IMG/VR virus record: IMGVR_UViG_3300008952_000005
Location: 1 to 64,000 of that record
Length of the DNA stretch: 64,000 nt
Origin: a virus
Reading direction: 5' to 3' (one strand)
In this document: piece after piece, positions 37,229-47,661 of the stretch
Position numbering within the stretch: the stretch's first letter is position 1
Layout of the letters: every line of letters begins with the position of its first letter
Translations under genes and position numbers: made by a program
Notes under the pieces: generated by a model
The model's input: the letters and a program-made list of their open reading frames with translations, nothing else
The model's database searches: none
What the model was told of the DNA's origin: nothing

Positions 37229-37980
37229 TAATTCGTTCTCCTATTTTCTTCTATATATTTTTTTACTTCATATTGAGGTTCCCAACCATAACTTGTCATT
37301 GCTTCTATATTCGCTTTGTTGTCAAGTCTTTCAGTATCACCACCAACTCTTTTTTCAGGAGTAATTCCAAAGTAGTCCATCATATCAGTTAACTTATTTG
37401 TAATACCTGTTCCTATATCTATTGCACCTGTCTTTTCAGGAAATGCTGTAATTGATTTTTGTCTTAATATAGATTCAATCGCTGAACAAATATCATACAC
37501 GTGTATAAAATCTCTACTATGATTTGTATTAATATATGGCACATCATTTTTTAAAATTTTTGGTATCAACATAGTATCTCTTGCACCAGGTCCATATACA
37601 GTAGTAAATCTCATACCTAAACTATTTGCAGGAGCAATTTGTTCCATACTATACTTACTCATTGCATAAGGATTTCTCCAGGGTTCATATGCAGTACTTG
37701 AACTTGCATACAAAATTCTTGTATCTTTAAAATAGTCAAATATTCTTTGACTTACGATAACGTTTTGTTTCCAATAGTCTGTAGGATTTTCAAAACTTTG
37801 TCTGACACCAGATAGACCTGCCAGATGTACAACACAATCAACATCATATTTTAAATCACAGGTAAGTAATTCTTTACCTGTATTACGGTCTAAACCAATT
37901 ACATCAAAATGTTTTTCTGATAACCATACTGAAAGATTTTTACCAATAAATCCATCACTACCAGTTAATAATATTTTCAT
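37228..37980 (-). CDS. NAD-dependent epimerase/dehydratase (extended SDR)
   Basis: ILLTGSDGFIG, VVHLAGLSGVRQS, YASSS, YAMSK, RFTTVYG, RDFIHVYD. Confidence 0.93.
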   Translation of the reverse strand: MKILLTGSDGFIGKNLSVWLSEKHFDVIGLDRNTGKELLTCDLKYDVDCVVHLAGLSGVRQSFENPTDYWKQNVIVSQRIFDYFKDTRILYASSSTAYEPWRNPYAMSKYSMEQIAPANSLGMRFTTVYGPGARDTMLIPKILKNDVPYINTNHSRDFIHVYDICSAIESILRQKSITAFPEKTGAIDIGTGITNKLTDMMDYFGITPEKRVGGDTERLDNKANIEAMTSYGWEPQYEVKKYIEENRRTN

Positions 37981-37995
37981 AATAAAATCTCATTT

Positions 37996-38925
37996 CTAAC
38001 TCTTATTTATCTTCAAATACCAAGTGTTTGCTGCTGACGCTGTTCCATCTGGAAATTCTTGCGCTCTATAATCATCTGCACCCGCTTGATAAGTTTGATA
38101 ATCTCCTGTACCATTTAATATTGTATCTGCCATACCAGAACCTCTATTTAATCCTGTTGTATAACTGTAAGTTATTTTATAACCATCTACTGAAGCAGCG
38201 GCAGTATATTTAATATGACTTGCTAATAAAGTTTCAAAAGCAACTTCTGTATATTCTTGTAAATCATTTCCACCAGTTATATAAACTGGACTTTTTGTTA
38301 TAGTAGTATCAACACCATCTACTCTATGCAAATAATAATTTTGAATTGTTGTAGGTTGGTCTAACGCTTCAGGAATATTACCTGCTGTATAAGCAGTTGT
38401 ATCTGCTTGAGTATTTACAAAAATTGCTGTTGCGTCAACTAAAGTAGAACCTGCAACACTATTTGAACCATTAATATGATATGTTCCAGCTTGTTCGCTT
38501 GTTGTAGTCGCCGCTGTCAATAAATCAATAGCAGGATGTATAAATGTATCTTTAACATCTTGCAACGTCATTGCTTGAATATCATTACCTGCTGTTCTAT
38601 AGACAGGCCAAGTTTTTCCTGAATCAGTTGGAGCTGAACCAGAGGTTACAGTTTGCTCTATTTTATCGTAAGTAATAGTTACCGTTGTAGGTTCTGCTGT
38701 TGTTGCTTCAGATGGAAAAGCTGAAGCGTGAGTTGACATAGCACCCGCTTGTTGTCTTGTATCTGTTATTGATCCAACATTACCACCAGAACCTACTACT
38801 GATAATGCAACAGATGGTGTTTGTGAATATTGATAAATTGCTTGTGCTATTATTTGGTCTACTTCGGCAGAAGACATCTCTTTTAAATAACCGCCGCTAT
38901 AGTATAAAGGAGCTCGTATAGCCAT
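37996..38925 (-). CDS. putative virion structural protein
   Basis: Thr/Ala-rich with repeated (L/I)xEM/AM/EY motif; in baseplate cluster. Confidence 0.55.
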   Translation of the reverse strand: MAIRAPLYYSGGYLKEMSSAEVDQIIAQAIYQYSQTPSVALSVVGSGGNVGSITDTRQQAGAMSTHASAFPSEATTAEPTTVTITYDKIEQTVTSGSAPTDSGKTWPVYRTAGNDIQAMTLQDVKDTFIHPAIDLLTAATTTSEQAGTYHINGSNSVAGSTLVDATAIFVNTQADTTAYTAGNIPEALDQPTTIQNYYLHRVDGVDTTITKSPVYITGGNDLQEYTEVAFETLLASHIKYTAAASVDGYKITYSYTTGLNRGSGMADTILNGTGDYQTYQAGADDYRAQEFPDGTASAANTWYLKINKS

Positions 38926-38936
38926 AATTAAATCTC

Positions 38937-39869
38937 CTATGTAGCACTACCAACAATCGTCTTTTGCGCTACTCCCGCTGAGTTGTATATTATTAAAGTT
39001 GATGAAGCTGTAAAGATATCACCTGTTGCATATGCTGTTGAAGTATCTAAAATTGCAGTTCCAGTTAAATCAGGTAATGTTACTATTCTTTCTGCTGTAG
39101 GGTCTGTAGGTCTTATATATGTTTTAAATGCGTCATTTGTTGCACCTTCAAAATAAATACCTAAATTGCTATTTGCACCTGTTAAGTAAATAGCCCCACT
39201 TGTTGTTATATTATTTGTTGATATATGACTATTACCAAAACTAACACTATCTCCTGTGCGAGCAGACATAGTATTTGTTCTTAATGTTCCTTCAACTTGA
39301 ACATCATCATCAAAATGAATTACAGTAGAATCTGTAGATGAAATTGTATTACCAACTATTAAAATTGTTCCTAATGTACTCGTCCCACCTGTAGTTGTAA
39401 TACTCGGCGCTGTCAGAAGATTTGCTTGTATGTCACCAGTTGTTGTTAAATTTTCATTACCAAAATCTATAGTACCACTTGAATCTGTAATAGAACCATT
39501 TGTTAAAGTTAAATTTCCTGCAACTACAATTGGAGATGTTAATTGAGTTGTAATAGTTACACTATTAGTCAATCCAATTGTTAAAGTATCTGGAACAGTT
39601 ACAACAGCAGTTGTTTGGTTTGAAACACCTTTAAATATAGCAGTTTGACCTGCACCAACTTGCTGTATAGTTGAAGAAGAATCTTCCATCTTCCAACCTT
39701 CAGCGGCACCTACTTGAGCAGACAATTCATTTACAGCACCTATAACACTTGTTGCCGCCAATGAAGAGTCTAACGTTCCTATATCGCCAAAGTCATCTGC
39801 CGCTAACGCATTAAATTGCGTTCTAAACGTTTCTAGTGTATCTGTTATTGCTATATTTCTTACAGCCAT
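38937..39869 (-). CDS. fibre-type baseplate/tail protein
   Basis: TDTLETFRTQFN N-terminus; fibre modules including FEGATNDAFKT...PTDPTAERIVTLPD. Confidence 0.6.
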   Translation of the reverse strand: MAVRNIAITDTLETFRTQFNALAADDFGDIGTLDSSLAATSVIGAVNELSAQVGAAEGWKMEDSSSTIQQVGAGQTAIFKGVSNQTTAVVTVPDTLTIGLTNSVTITTQLTSPIVVAGNLTLTNGSITDSSGTIDFGNENLTTTGDIQANLLTAPSITTTGGTSTLGTILIVGNTISSTDSTVIHFDDDVQVEGTLRTNTMSARTGDSVSFGNSHISTNNITTSGAIYLTGANSNLGIYFEGATNDAFKTYIRPTDPTAERIVTLPDLTGTAILDTSTAYATGDIFTASSTLIIYNSAGVAQKTIVGSAT

Positions 39870-39870
39870 T

Positions 39871-40092
39871 TTATTTTATAACCTTCTTAATTAAATCTTT
39901 TATTTCTCTTAATTCTTTCTTTAAATTATTTATCTCGGAACACATACCTCTTAATTGGTCTGCATTCTCTTCTCTTTGTTTTATTCTTTTCATATAGATA
40001 GCATATTCATTACTTGTTCTAACTATCGCATTAGTATTAATATCTCTAACTAAATTTGAGTGTCCTTCAACTTTCAATACTCCGTTTGCCAT
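39871..40092 (-). CDS. small coiled-coil hypothetical protein
   Basis: KVEGHSNLVRDINTNAI...EINNLKKELREIKDLI, usual neighbour of the DUF4815 gene in marine T4-likes. Confidence 0.7.
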   Translation of the reverse strand: MANGVLKVEGHSNLVRDINTNAIVRTSNEYAIYMKRIKQREENADQLRGMCSEINNLKKELREIKDLIKKVIK

Positions 40093-40096
40093 TTTA

Positions 40097-43000
40097 TTAT
40101 ATTGCTAATGCAATTCCTCTCATATCTTTACAGATTGGTGGATAAGATGATATAGACCCTTTCATTACAATTTTAATTTGAAATGAAGTGAAATCATTTA
40201 ATCCGCTTGCTGTATATTTGTATTCTCTAAATGTACTATCGTCTTCTGCAGGAGGAATTGAAATATCTTCGCTACCATCTGAATTAAATGGCAACCAATT
40301 TATATCTTCAATTTTTCTAGTTTCAGAACCACCAGATGTTCTGTAATAAAGTCTAATTAATGAACTTGAACGAACATTTGCTGATAGTCTTATATCAAGA
40401 GAAGTAGAATTATTTTCTATAACAATAGGTCTAGTTAAGTACACACCTGCTGTTGAACTTCCAGTTGGAGCAGTATCAGCAACAAAGTCTGGTGTATTAC
40501 CAGATGTTGGATTATTTAATCTATTTTGTATTGTGTATGCACTAATTCTTTGTAAATCTATAAGTGGTGATAGTTTAGTACTTGTACTTGTCATTTCTAC
40601 ATTTACATACAAAGATTTTAAACCGTTCATTTCATTTGTTTCATTTATTTGACTTGCAACCATTTTAGGTGAAGTACAATAGATATTATCATTTGCAATT
40701 ATAGACCCAGCGTTTGCAACTGCAACTGTACTAAATTCTGCTTCTGAACCGTGTATTGATTGTCCAGTAGTAGGTCTTAATTTATAAGATATACTCGTAC
40801 CTGGTAAACTCATTGTTGATAAGTTTAAATTCATAACATCATACAATCTATTTTGTGTTGCATAAACAGCATTACTTCCAATATCTCCGTTTGTAGTTGC
40901 GGTTGTTGAACCTGGTATTTGTATATCATAACTATCTAAAGTTATGTTTGATATACTTGTATATGTTCCATTAATTGAACTATGCGCTAATCCGTTGTAT
41001 GTTCCTGAAGGAACTCCAGATATAGTTACATTGTTTGATGTACTATGCATTCCGTGATTTGGATGATAAACTCTAACTACATCTGAACCTTGCGTTGTTC
41101 TAATAGGATTGTTTTTAAGTTTTCTTGCTGGTAATTCGTCATTGCAAAGTGTAACTCTACCAACAGCGTCTGCAAATTCTGCTCTCTTTAATGTAAATTT
41201 AATATCTTCGTTTTGTTCAGCAGTCCAAGTTGAACCATTTTGAGATTTAAACATAACACCAGCATATGGTTGTTGTGATATTGTTCTATCAGAACCTAAT
41301 ACTGTTTCACCTAATCTTCCAACATAAGCATTATACTCATTTGAGTTTGCAAGTACAACAAAACAATACTCAACATTTTCTTGTACATATACAGGACCTG
41401 AAAAAGTAAATGTAGTTGCTACTGTTCCATCAGCACTTGTATTAACTGAACCTGGATTTATTGTTGTTTCACTAAATGGTAATATTGTTGATCCTGGATA
41501 TCCATTTACAACTTCTCTTATTTGAACTGTAATTGGAATATTACTATCTTTAGTACCGAAAAATAAATCAACAGAAGTTAAGAATACACCACCAACATCA
41601 TCAATCATAAATGTTTGTGCTAATGGGTCAACCCAACCAACCGTTCTTTCACTTCGTCTTGTAGATGTTCTTGTAATACTTCTGTTTTCAGTTGTAGCCT
41701 GTCTTTCAAGTCTAGGTTCTCTTGTTGATATAATTGTATTCTGTACAGTTTCTAAAATTCCTCTTGCGACATAATCTGCTTCTCCTGAAGTTTCTACATC
41801 TGTACTTGTATCATTTGTAACTGAACTTGTTAATCTGAATACTCTTTGACCAGTACGCCATCTTGGATTTGAATTATTAGTTGGATCAGGAATTGCAAAA
41901 GTACCTGAACACGCACCATTGGCGTCGGTTACAATATTGCCTCCTAATGAACCGCCAGTTGGTGTACAATAAGTTGCTATTGCAATATTATCAAAGTAAG
42001 GATAAACTCTTGTATTTGGTTTCATCCTTGTTCCACTAAATGATATTGTTCTACTTCTAACAAATGGTACAAAAGCAACATTAACAATTCTATCGCCTAT
42101 TGAATTTCTTACTACTTGAGGAACTAATCTTTGTCTTAATCCTGTTCTTGTTTGTTGAACATTTTGAGCAGTTTCTATTTCATCAACAGCAAATACTCTT
42201 CTTCCTGCTCTTCCGCCACCAACTTGTCTACTTGCGACATCTCTAGTTGAACCAGACCAAAAATCTTGCCAATCATTCCATATTGTTCCTATTTCAACAC
42301 CTTGTAAACCATTGTTTGGAATTCCAGAAACTAACGTATCAAAACCACCAACATTGTTTATAACTAATTCTGGTCTTCGTTCTGTTTCTTTCCACTCATC
42401 ACTTGGTGGAGTTAATTCTATTGCACCTGACCAAGTAAAGACATCAAATGGATTAACATTGACACTCTTACTTGCGAAAGGTTGTGTTATTAAAGCAGTT
42501 TCAGTATAAGGTAATGTTAAACAATCTCCAGTTTTTTGATATGTTCCATCCGTTCTATCTGTTGCTAAAATAGCAGTACCATCATCATCTGCTTCTATTA
42601 ATTGTACTGCGTCCTCATTGAACATAGGTCTTAATTGACCTCTTGCCATATCAATAGATGATTTGTAATCTATATTTCCTACATCACCTATATTGTGACC
42701 ACTAAAGTTGTCTACTATAATTCCGTTTTTAAATCTATCAAAACCATTTGCGTCTTGTATTTGTAAATTTTGTGCTTGTGTTTCTAACAATGATAATTGA
42801 GTATAATATTCCATATTCTCAATTCTAGTTTCTAAATAACCAATATCTCTCATTGTATATCTTCTATTATCAACTGCTTTAACAGTAATATCATCTAAAG
42901 ATAAAACGTAAGATGGCATTTCTAAAGTATATAATAGCATTGCGCCATCTAAAGATTTTGGAACTTGAGGAACCAATGCACTTGCACCTTTAGAAACTTT

Positions 43001-46000
43001 AAAATTTCCTTCTTTATCTAAAAAGATTTTATCTATTCTTGGTAAGTAGTATTCAAAATCAGAAGTAATATCTGATCCAAATTTAACCATATCAACTGTA
43101 GAAGCACCTGTGCCGTCATAAGAACGGTCTTGAATACCTGAATTTATTGTTGAAGAGTCATCTACTCTTGGTCTAAAATCTAAACAATCTCTTAATCTAA
43201 ATATTTTTCCTGTTGTGTCAGAAGAATAATTTGAAATGTCTTCATAGTTAACAACACCTGCATAAGAGTCTACATCAAAATAATCTCCAGAACCGTGAGA
43301 GAAGTAATCAAAATTAACTAGTAATCTTCCTATTGGAGTTATTGCACCATTTTTTAATTTAAGTCTTCCAATGTCATAGAAGTTATCTCTTTGTCCTGTA
43401 TCTAAAGTAAATCTATCTGTAATATCTGTATCACCAGCAATAGCATTTGTAGAAAAATCTGCTGACATATAAACATTATTAATTTTATAAACGTCTGCTT
43501 TACCTAGACCACATACTCCACTTTCTACTTCTGCTTGAGTTGATATCTGTACTGTTTGTGCTGAAGCTAAAGTTTTAGTTTTAGAACCTGCAACACTTCT
43601 ATTAACTGTTGCTAATATTTTTACTTTATGTCCTGCATAATTAGTACCAAAAGTTAATGTTAAAGTTTTACCTGTTGGAGAACCACCTAATGTAAATATA
43701 TCACCCGCTAAATGGTTAGTACCACTTAAACTTAATACAGCGCCAACTTCTCCTCCTGTACCTGCACCCATTGACATAATAGATACAGAAAAATCTTTTT
43801 CTGCTAATCCACTAAATGTTTCATTTGTTCCTGATGTTATAGTTGCGTCACCATTTGATCCTAATGTTGCTGTAAATGCTCTTCGTATAGAAAAGTTTGT
43901 ATCAGTTATTCCTGAATTAACAGTTGTCTTTAATGTCTTAACTGTTTCATTTGGCATTTCAAATATTGAAATATTTTTACTTGGTTCTTTTACTGCACCT
44001 CGTCCTCTAGTAAAAGATGATTTGCTAACATCACCACCTGCACCTAAAGTTACTGCAAAACTTGTATCATTAATAATATAAGCAACTTCATTTGTTTCAG
44101 AAAGAGGTGTATTTGTTGTATATGTAATTTTATCTCCAATTTTTAATTCATCTGTAAATCTTGTACCAAATCCACTAACTATTGTTCCTGCACCTCCGAC
44201 AGATATTGTACCTGTCATACTAGCATTATCTCTCACTACATCAGCAGTATACGTTGGAGAACCTGCCATTGCAACTTGTTTAATATCAGAAGGACCAAAA
44301 ACTGTTGACCCTTTACGTCCTAAAACATCTGCTTGTATAACTGCTGTATTACTTGAAGAACCACCTGTAATTGTTTCACCTGGAAGAAAAGTACCTTGTA
44401 CATTTGAAACTACTACAACTCCGTGTGTTGATGTTCCACCTGTACCTGGATTTGTACAATTAACAGTAGTTATTCCATCTTCTTTGTATAAATTATAATC
44501 TGTAGCATTAATTACTCTAACTGTAAATGTTCCACCAGTTACTACTACTGAATCAATTGCCCAAGAACTTCCAACGCCAGCAATTGTAATTTGTTGTCCA
44601 TCTTTAAAATTATGGGAACTTGCGTGTTGAACTACTGTAGGATTTGCTTGAGTTATATTATTAATTGCTTGTGTTTCTGTAGTTGATGATGATTGAACTG
44701 TACCAGTCGCACCAGATGATGATGTTACAGTTTCACCAGTAGTAAAACCTTGAGCAGTTAGTATGTTTAAATGATTAAACATTTCTACATCAAATAGATA
44801 ATGTTTAAAAACAGAACTTGTTAAACCGCCAAATGAAAAAATATTGTTTGAAGCAGTACCAGATGAATATTCAAATCCTCTTGACTTTGCTCTTCCTATT
44901 AAATTAATACTTGATTCAGCACCATTATTAGGAGTACCTCTAACAGTAGTTGCTGATTTATGTAAAGTAATATTTTTAAATGATTCTGAATCTCCTGAAA
45001 CGAAACCAACATCTGGCGAACCATAAACGTTAGTTACGTTTAAGTAATTACCTAAACTAAATCTTGTTTTGAAATTATTTTCTGTATCAAAATCTCTCGT
45101 CTTCTCAATATCAACAAAAGTTGTACCTATTGTTTCTAATTCATAACCACGAACATATGCTTTACCTGGTCCCATACCAGCAGCAATTTTAGTTGCGTCC
45201 CCACCTTGACCTGATGTATAGATACCTCTATTATCTCCTGATACTAAATGTTCTCTTAAATCTAAATCAAAATCTCTTAATGCATAATCACCTGACTCGT
45301 CATATGTTCTACGAGCAAAAGTATCTTCTATTACAGCGTATTCTGTTGTTCTAACTTGATTTTGAATAATACCATTTTTTAATCTTAACAACTCTACAAA
45401 GTTTGCGTCTGCTGTTGAAGCTAAAGATAGTTTTGTTAATGTTAAAAGTATTTTAAATCTATGAGCACCTGGAGCATTTTGATTTGATGTTCCTTGAGCA
45501 TTATCATTTAAACTTACATCTTCATTTGGAGTTACAAAAGATTCTGTAACTAATAAACCAACTCTATATGAAGGTGTGTTTGTATATTTGTCTAGTACTA
45601 CTGTTTGTTTTGAAACTTCAACGTGATATCCATTAATGTAATAAACTCCTGCTTGAACTTCGGCAGCACTACCTGAATGTGTTGAAGCAACAGTCGCTGT
45701 AGCAGCCAAAGCATTAATTGTACAATCTAAAATTTCTGTATCAGTAAAAGAAACTGCTACATTGTCTGTTCCAGTTTTTGTATATTTTACAAATAATGTA
45801 TCTGGATCAGTTCCATCAGCTACAGATACACCTATAACTTTTGCAACAACGCCTGAAGTTGCACCTGTTAATTCTACTCCGTTATAATCTGCTAAAGTTG
45901 AGTTTGATTTTGCTGAAAGTTTTACTGAAGTGTAATTTAAGTCGTACCCGATTTCTCCAGGTATAACCATAGAACCTTTTTCAAATAGATGGTCACTAAC

Positions 46001-46153
46001 CCTTTCTACTTGGTTTTGTAATTGCGTCTGTGATTGTGTTAACTCTCTCGCCTGTACAGCAAATGCTGGTCTGAAAAGAACTCTATGAAATTTTTTACTT
46101 TCATTAAAGTCATCATAATAGGGCGATAAGTTAAAATCTGTTGGACTTGGCAT
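40097..46153 (-). CDS. large baseplate-associated structural protein (DUF4815-type)
   Basis: PYYDDF...FHRVLFRP..AVQARELTQ.Q, FARRTYDESGDY, YTQLSLLE, DRFKNGIIVDNFSGH, DPLAQTF. Confidence 0.85.
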   Translation of the reverse strand: MPSPTDFNLSPYYDDFNESKKFHRVLFRPAFAVQARELTQSQTQLQNQVERVSDHLFEKGSMVIPGEIGYDLNYTSVKLSAKSNSTLADYNGVELTGATSGVVAKVIGVSVADGTDPDTLFVKYTKTGTDNVAVSFTDTEILDCTINALAATATVASTHSGSAAEVQAGVYYINGYHVEVSKQTVVLDKYTNTPSYRVGLLVTESFVTPNEDVSLNDNAQGTSNQNAPGAHRFKILLTLTKLSLASTADANFVELLRLKNGIIQNQVRTTEYAVIEDTFARRTYDESGDYALRDFDLDLREHLVSGDNRGIYTSGQGGDATKIAAGMGPGKAYVRGYELETIGTTFVDIEKTRDFDTENNFKTRFSLGNYLNVTNVYGSPDVGFVSGDSESFKNITLHKSATTVRGTPNNGAESSINLIGRAKSRGFEYSSGTASNNIFSFGGLTSSVFKHYLFDVEMFNHLNILTAQGFTTGETVTSSSGATGTVQSSSTTETQAINNITQANPTVVQHASSHNFKDGQQITIAGVGSSWAIDSVVVTGGTFTVRVINATDYNLYKEDGITTVNCTNPGTGGTSTHGVVVVSNVQGTFLPGETITGGSSSNTAVIQADVLGRKGSTVFGPSDIKQVAMAGSPTYTADVVRDNASMTGTISVGGAGTIVSGFGTRFTDELKIGDKITYTTNTPLSETNEVAYIINDTSFAVTLGAGGDVSKSSFTRGRGAVKEPSKNISIFEMPNETVKTLKTTVNSGITDTNFSIRRAFTATLGSNGDATITSGTNETFSGLAEKDFSVSIMSMGAGTGGEVGAVLSLSGTNHLAGDIFTLGGSPTGKTLTLTFGTNYAGHKVKILATVNRSVAGSKTKTLASAQTVQISTQAEVESGVCGLGKADVYKINNVYMSADFSTNAIAGDTDITDRFTLDTGQRDNFYDIGRLKLKNGAITPIGRLLVNFDYFSHGSGDYFDVDSYAGVVNYEDISNYSSDTTGKIFRLRDCLDFRPRVDDSSTINSGIQDRSYDGTGASTVDMVKFGSDITSDFEYYLPRIDKIFLDKEGNFKVSKGASALVPQVPKSLDGAMLLYTLEMPSYVLSLDDITVKAVDNRRYTMRDIGYLETRIENMEYYTQLSLLETQAQNLQIQDANGFDRFKNGIIVDNFSGHNIGDVGNIDYKSSIDMARGQLRPMFNEDAVQLIEADDDGTAILATDRTDGTYQKTGDCLTLPYTETALITQPFASKSVNVNPFDVFTWSGAIELTPPSDEWKETERRPELVINNVGGFDTLVSGIPNNGLQGVEIGTIWNDWQDFWSGSTRDVASRQVGGGRAGRRVFAVDEIETAQNVQQTRTGLRQRLVPQVVRNSIGDRIVNVAFVPFVRSRTISFSGTRMKPNTRVYPYFDNIAIATYCTPTGGSLGGNIVTDANGACSGTFAIPDPTNNSNPRWRTGQRVFRLTSSVTNDTSTDVETSGEADYVARGILETVQNTIISTREPRLERQATTENRSITRTSTRRSERTVGWVDPLAQTFMIDDVGGVFLTSVDLFFGTKDSNIPITVQIREVVNGYPGSTILPFSETTINPGSVNTSADGTVATTFTFSGPVYVQENVEYCFVVLANSNEYNAYVGRLGETVLGSDRTISQQPYAGVMFKSQNGSTWTAEQNEDIKFTLKRAEFADAVGRVTLCNDELPARKLKNNPIRTTQGSDVVRVYHPNHGMHSTSNNVTISGVPSGTYNGLAHSSINGTYTSISNITLDSYDIQIPGSTTATTNGDIGSNAVYATQNRLYDVMNLNLSTMSLPGTSISYKLRPTTGQSIHGSEAEFSTVAVANAGSIIANDNIYCTSPKMVASQINETNEMNGLKSLYVNVEMTSTSTKLSPLIDLQRISAYTIQNRLNNPTSGNTPDFVADTAPTGSSTAGVYLTRPIVIENNSTSLDIRLSANVRSSSLIRLYYRTSGGSETRKIEDINWLPFNSDGSEDISIPPAEDDSTFREYKYTASGLNDFTSFQIKIVMKGSISSYPPICKDMRGIALAI

Positions 46154-46162
46154 TTAACTCCC

Positions 46163-47623
46163 CTAAAATTCTATAATCAATTTGATATTTTCGGTTTGGT
46201 CAGCAGCTCTAGTGATTGGCGCTCTATTTTCTACATAAACTATTTCACCTGAACCGTGGTCAATTTCCGAACTAGAATATCCGTTTGAAAATGTTTGACT
46301 ATTAACTGTACCTGTTGTCGTAGCAGGTGTTAAAGTTGCGTTTGTATCTGCACCAGTAATAATATTTGTGCCACTAAATGCTGTCTGATTACCGTTAGTA
46401 TCTATTCCCTCATCATTGTGTCTTGGTTGAATATAATATAATATTTTATTTGTTGGATCCCACTCTACTACTTTACCAACTGCACCTGTGCTTGCTTGTG
46501 AAATTTTTTCATCAACTGAAAATGTTAAATTACTAGACGCACCAACAACTGCTGTAGTTGCTCTCAATGTAGCGGCAGAAGCAGCAGTACCACCTGATTT
46601 CGGGTCTCTTATTAAACTTACTTTTCTAAAATCATTTGCAACAGTTACGTCACCTGAATTAGCTGATTCTGTTCCTTCTAAACTTGTATTCAACATAACA
46701 AAAAATCCACCTAACTCTTGTACTGCATTAAATCCGTGTCCACCTTTTGGTTCAATCATACAATCTAATTCTGTAGTAATTAATGAACCACCACCAGCAG
46801 CATTTATATCTGCAAGTTTAATATATGCGTAAGTATATCCTGTTCCTGGAGTAGTTACGGTTACCGCTGTAACTGCACCTGAAGCAATGGTTACTGAACA
46901 AACTCCACTTGATCCATCTCCTCGTATTGGAACACCTGTATGTGTTCCATCTGTACCAGCAGAACCCGCTGTTTTAATTTTTACTATATTGATTGCACCA
47001 TCTACAGCAGCAGCATTAACTGTTCCATTTGTACCAACTGCCATAAAATCTACTGATAAAAATTCTGCTTGTTGAGCAGCAGTTAAAGTGTAAATATATT
47101 TCCACTTGTATCCATCAGCAGTTGCTAATATTGTTGTTGATGTTCCTGTAGGTTCTACAGTTGAATTCGCACCATTATTATTATCTAAACATTTATATAC
47201 GTTTCTTGCTGTAGTTAGAACATAAAAAGTTGCGTCATATAAAGTACCTGCACCACTATTTGAAGTTTGTACTGTTGTTGTTCCAGTAATGTATTCTCCA
47301 TAATCGTGTCTGTAATAATCATATACAGTAGCAGTCGTCCAATTTCTTCTAGGAATTACAAATCCAGCATTTGTACTTGCTACTTTTTTACAAGCAAGCA
47401 TATCATCATATGTAAAATTTTGTGTATTTTCGTTGTCTGCAGGAGTCACAGGTAATAAATCTGTACCTTCATTATTTGTTCTTCCATCTCCTCTTGTAGA
47501 AGTCGTAAATGCTTGAGGTCTTCCTATACCTAAATAGAAAGTATTTCCTGACGCTTCAGAAAACGCTTCGTGGAATTGTTCCGAGTTGTGTATTCTGAAT
47601 TTATTTGTTATAATTGCTGGCAT
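46163..47623 (-). CDS. gp8: baseplate wedge protein gp8
   Basis: IITNKFRIHN, YLGIGRPQ, IPRRNWT..TVYDYY, VYKCLDNN, DGYKWKYIY, PKGGHG, YVENRAPITR...ENIKLIIEF. Confidence 0.9.
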   Translation of the reverse strand: MPAIITNKFRIHNSEQFHEAFSEASGNTFYLGIGRPQAFTTSTRGDGRTNNEGTDLLPVTPADNENTQNFTYDDMLACKKVASTNAGFVIPRRNWTTATVYDYYRHDYGEYITGTTTVQTSNSGAGTLYDATFYVLTTARNVYKCLDNNNGANSTVEPTGTSTTILATADGYKWKYIYTLTAAQQAEFLSVDFMAVGTNGTVNAAAVDGAINIVKIKTAGSAGTDGTHTGVPIRGDGSSGVCSVTIASGAVTAVTVTTPGTGYTYAYIKLADINAAGGGSLITTELDCMIEPKGGHGFNAVQELGGFFVMLNTSLEGTESANSGDVTVANDFRKVSLIRDPKSGGTAASAATLRATTAVVGASSNLTFSVDEKISQASTGAVGKVVEWDPTNKILYYIQPRHNDEGIDTNGNQTAFSGTNIITGADTNATLTPATTTGTVNSQTFSNGYSSSEIDHGSGEIVYVENRAPITRAADQTENIKLIIEF

Positions 47624-47641
47624 TCTTATTTCCTTTATCTA

Positions 47642-47649
47642 TATTTATA
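47642..47649 (-). promoter_or_regulatory. T4-type late promoter for gp8
   Basis: Exact match, intergenic. Confidence 0.8.
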
Positions 47650-47661
47650 CAAGTTTTCTAA

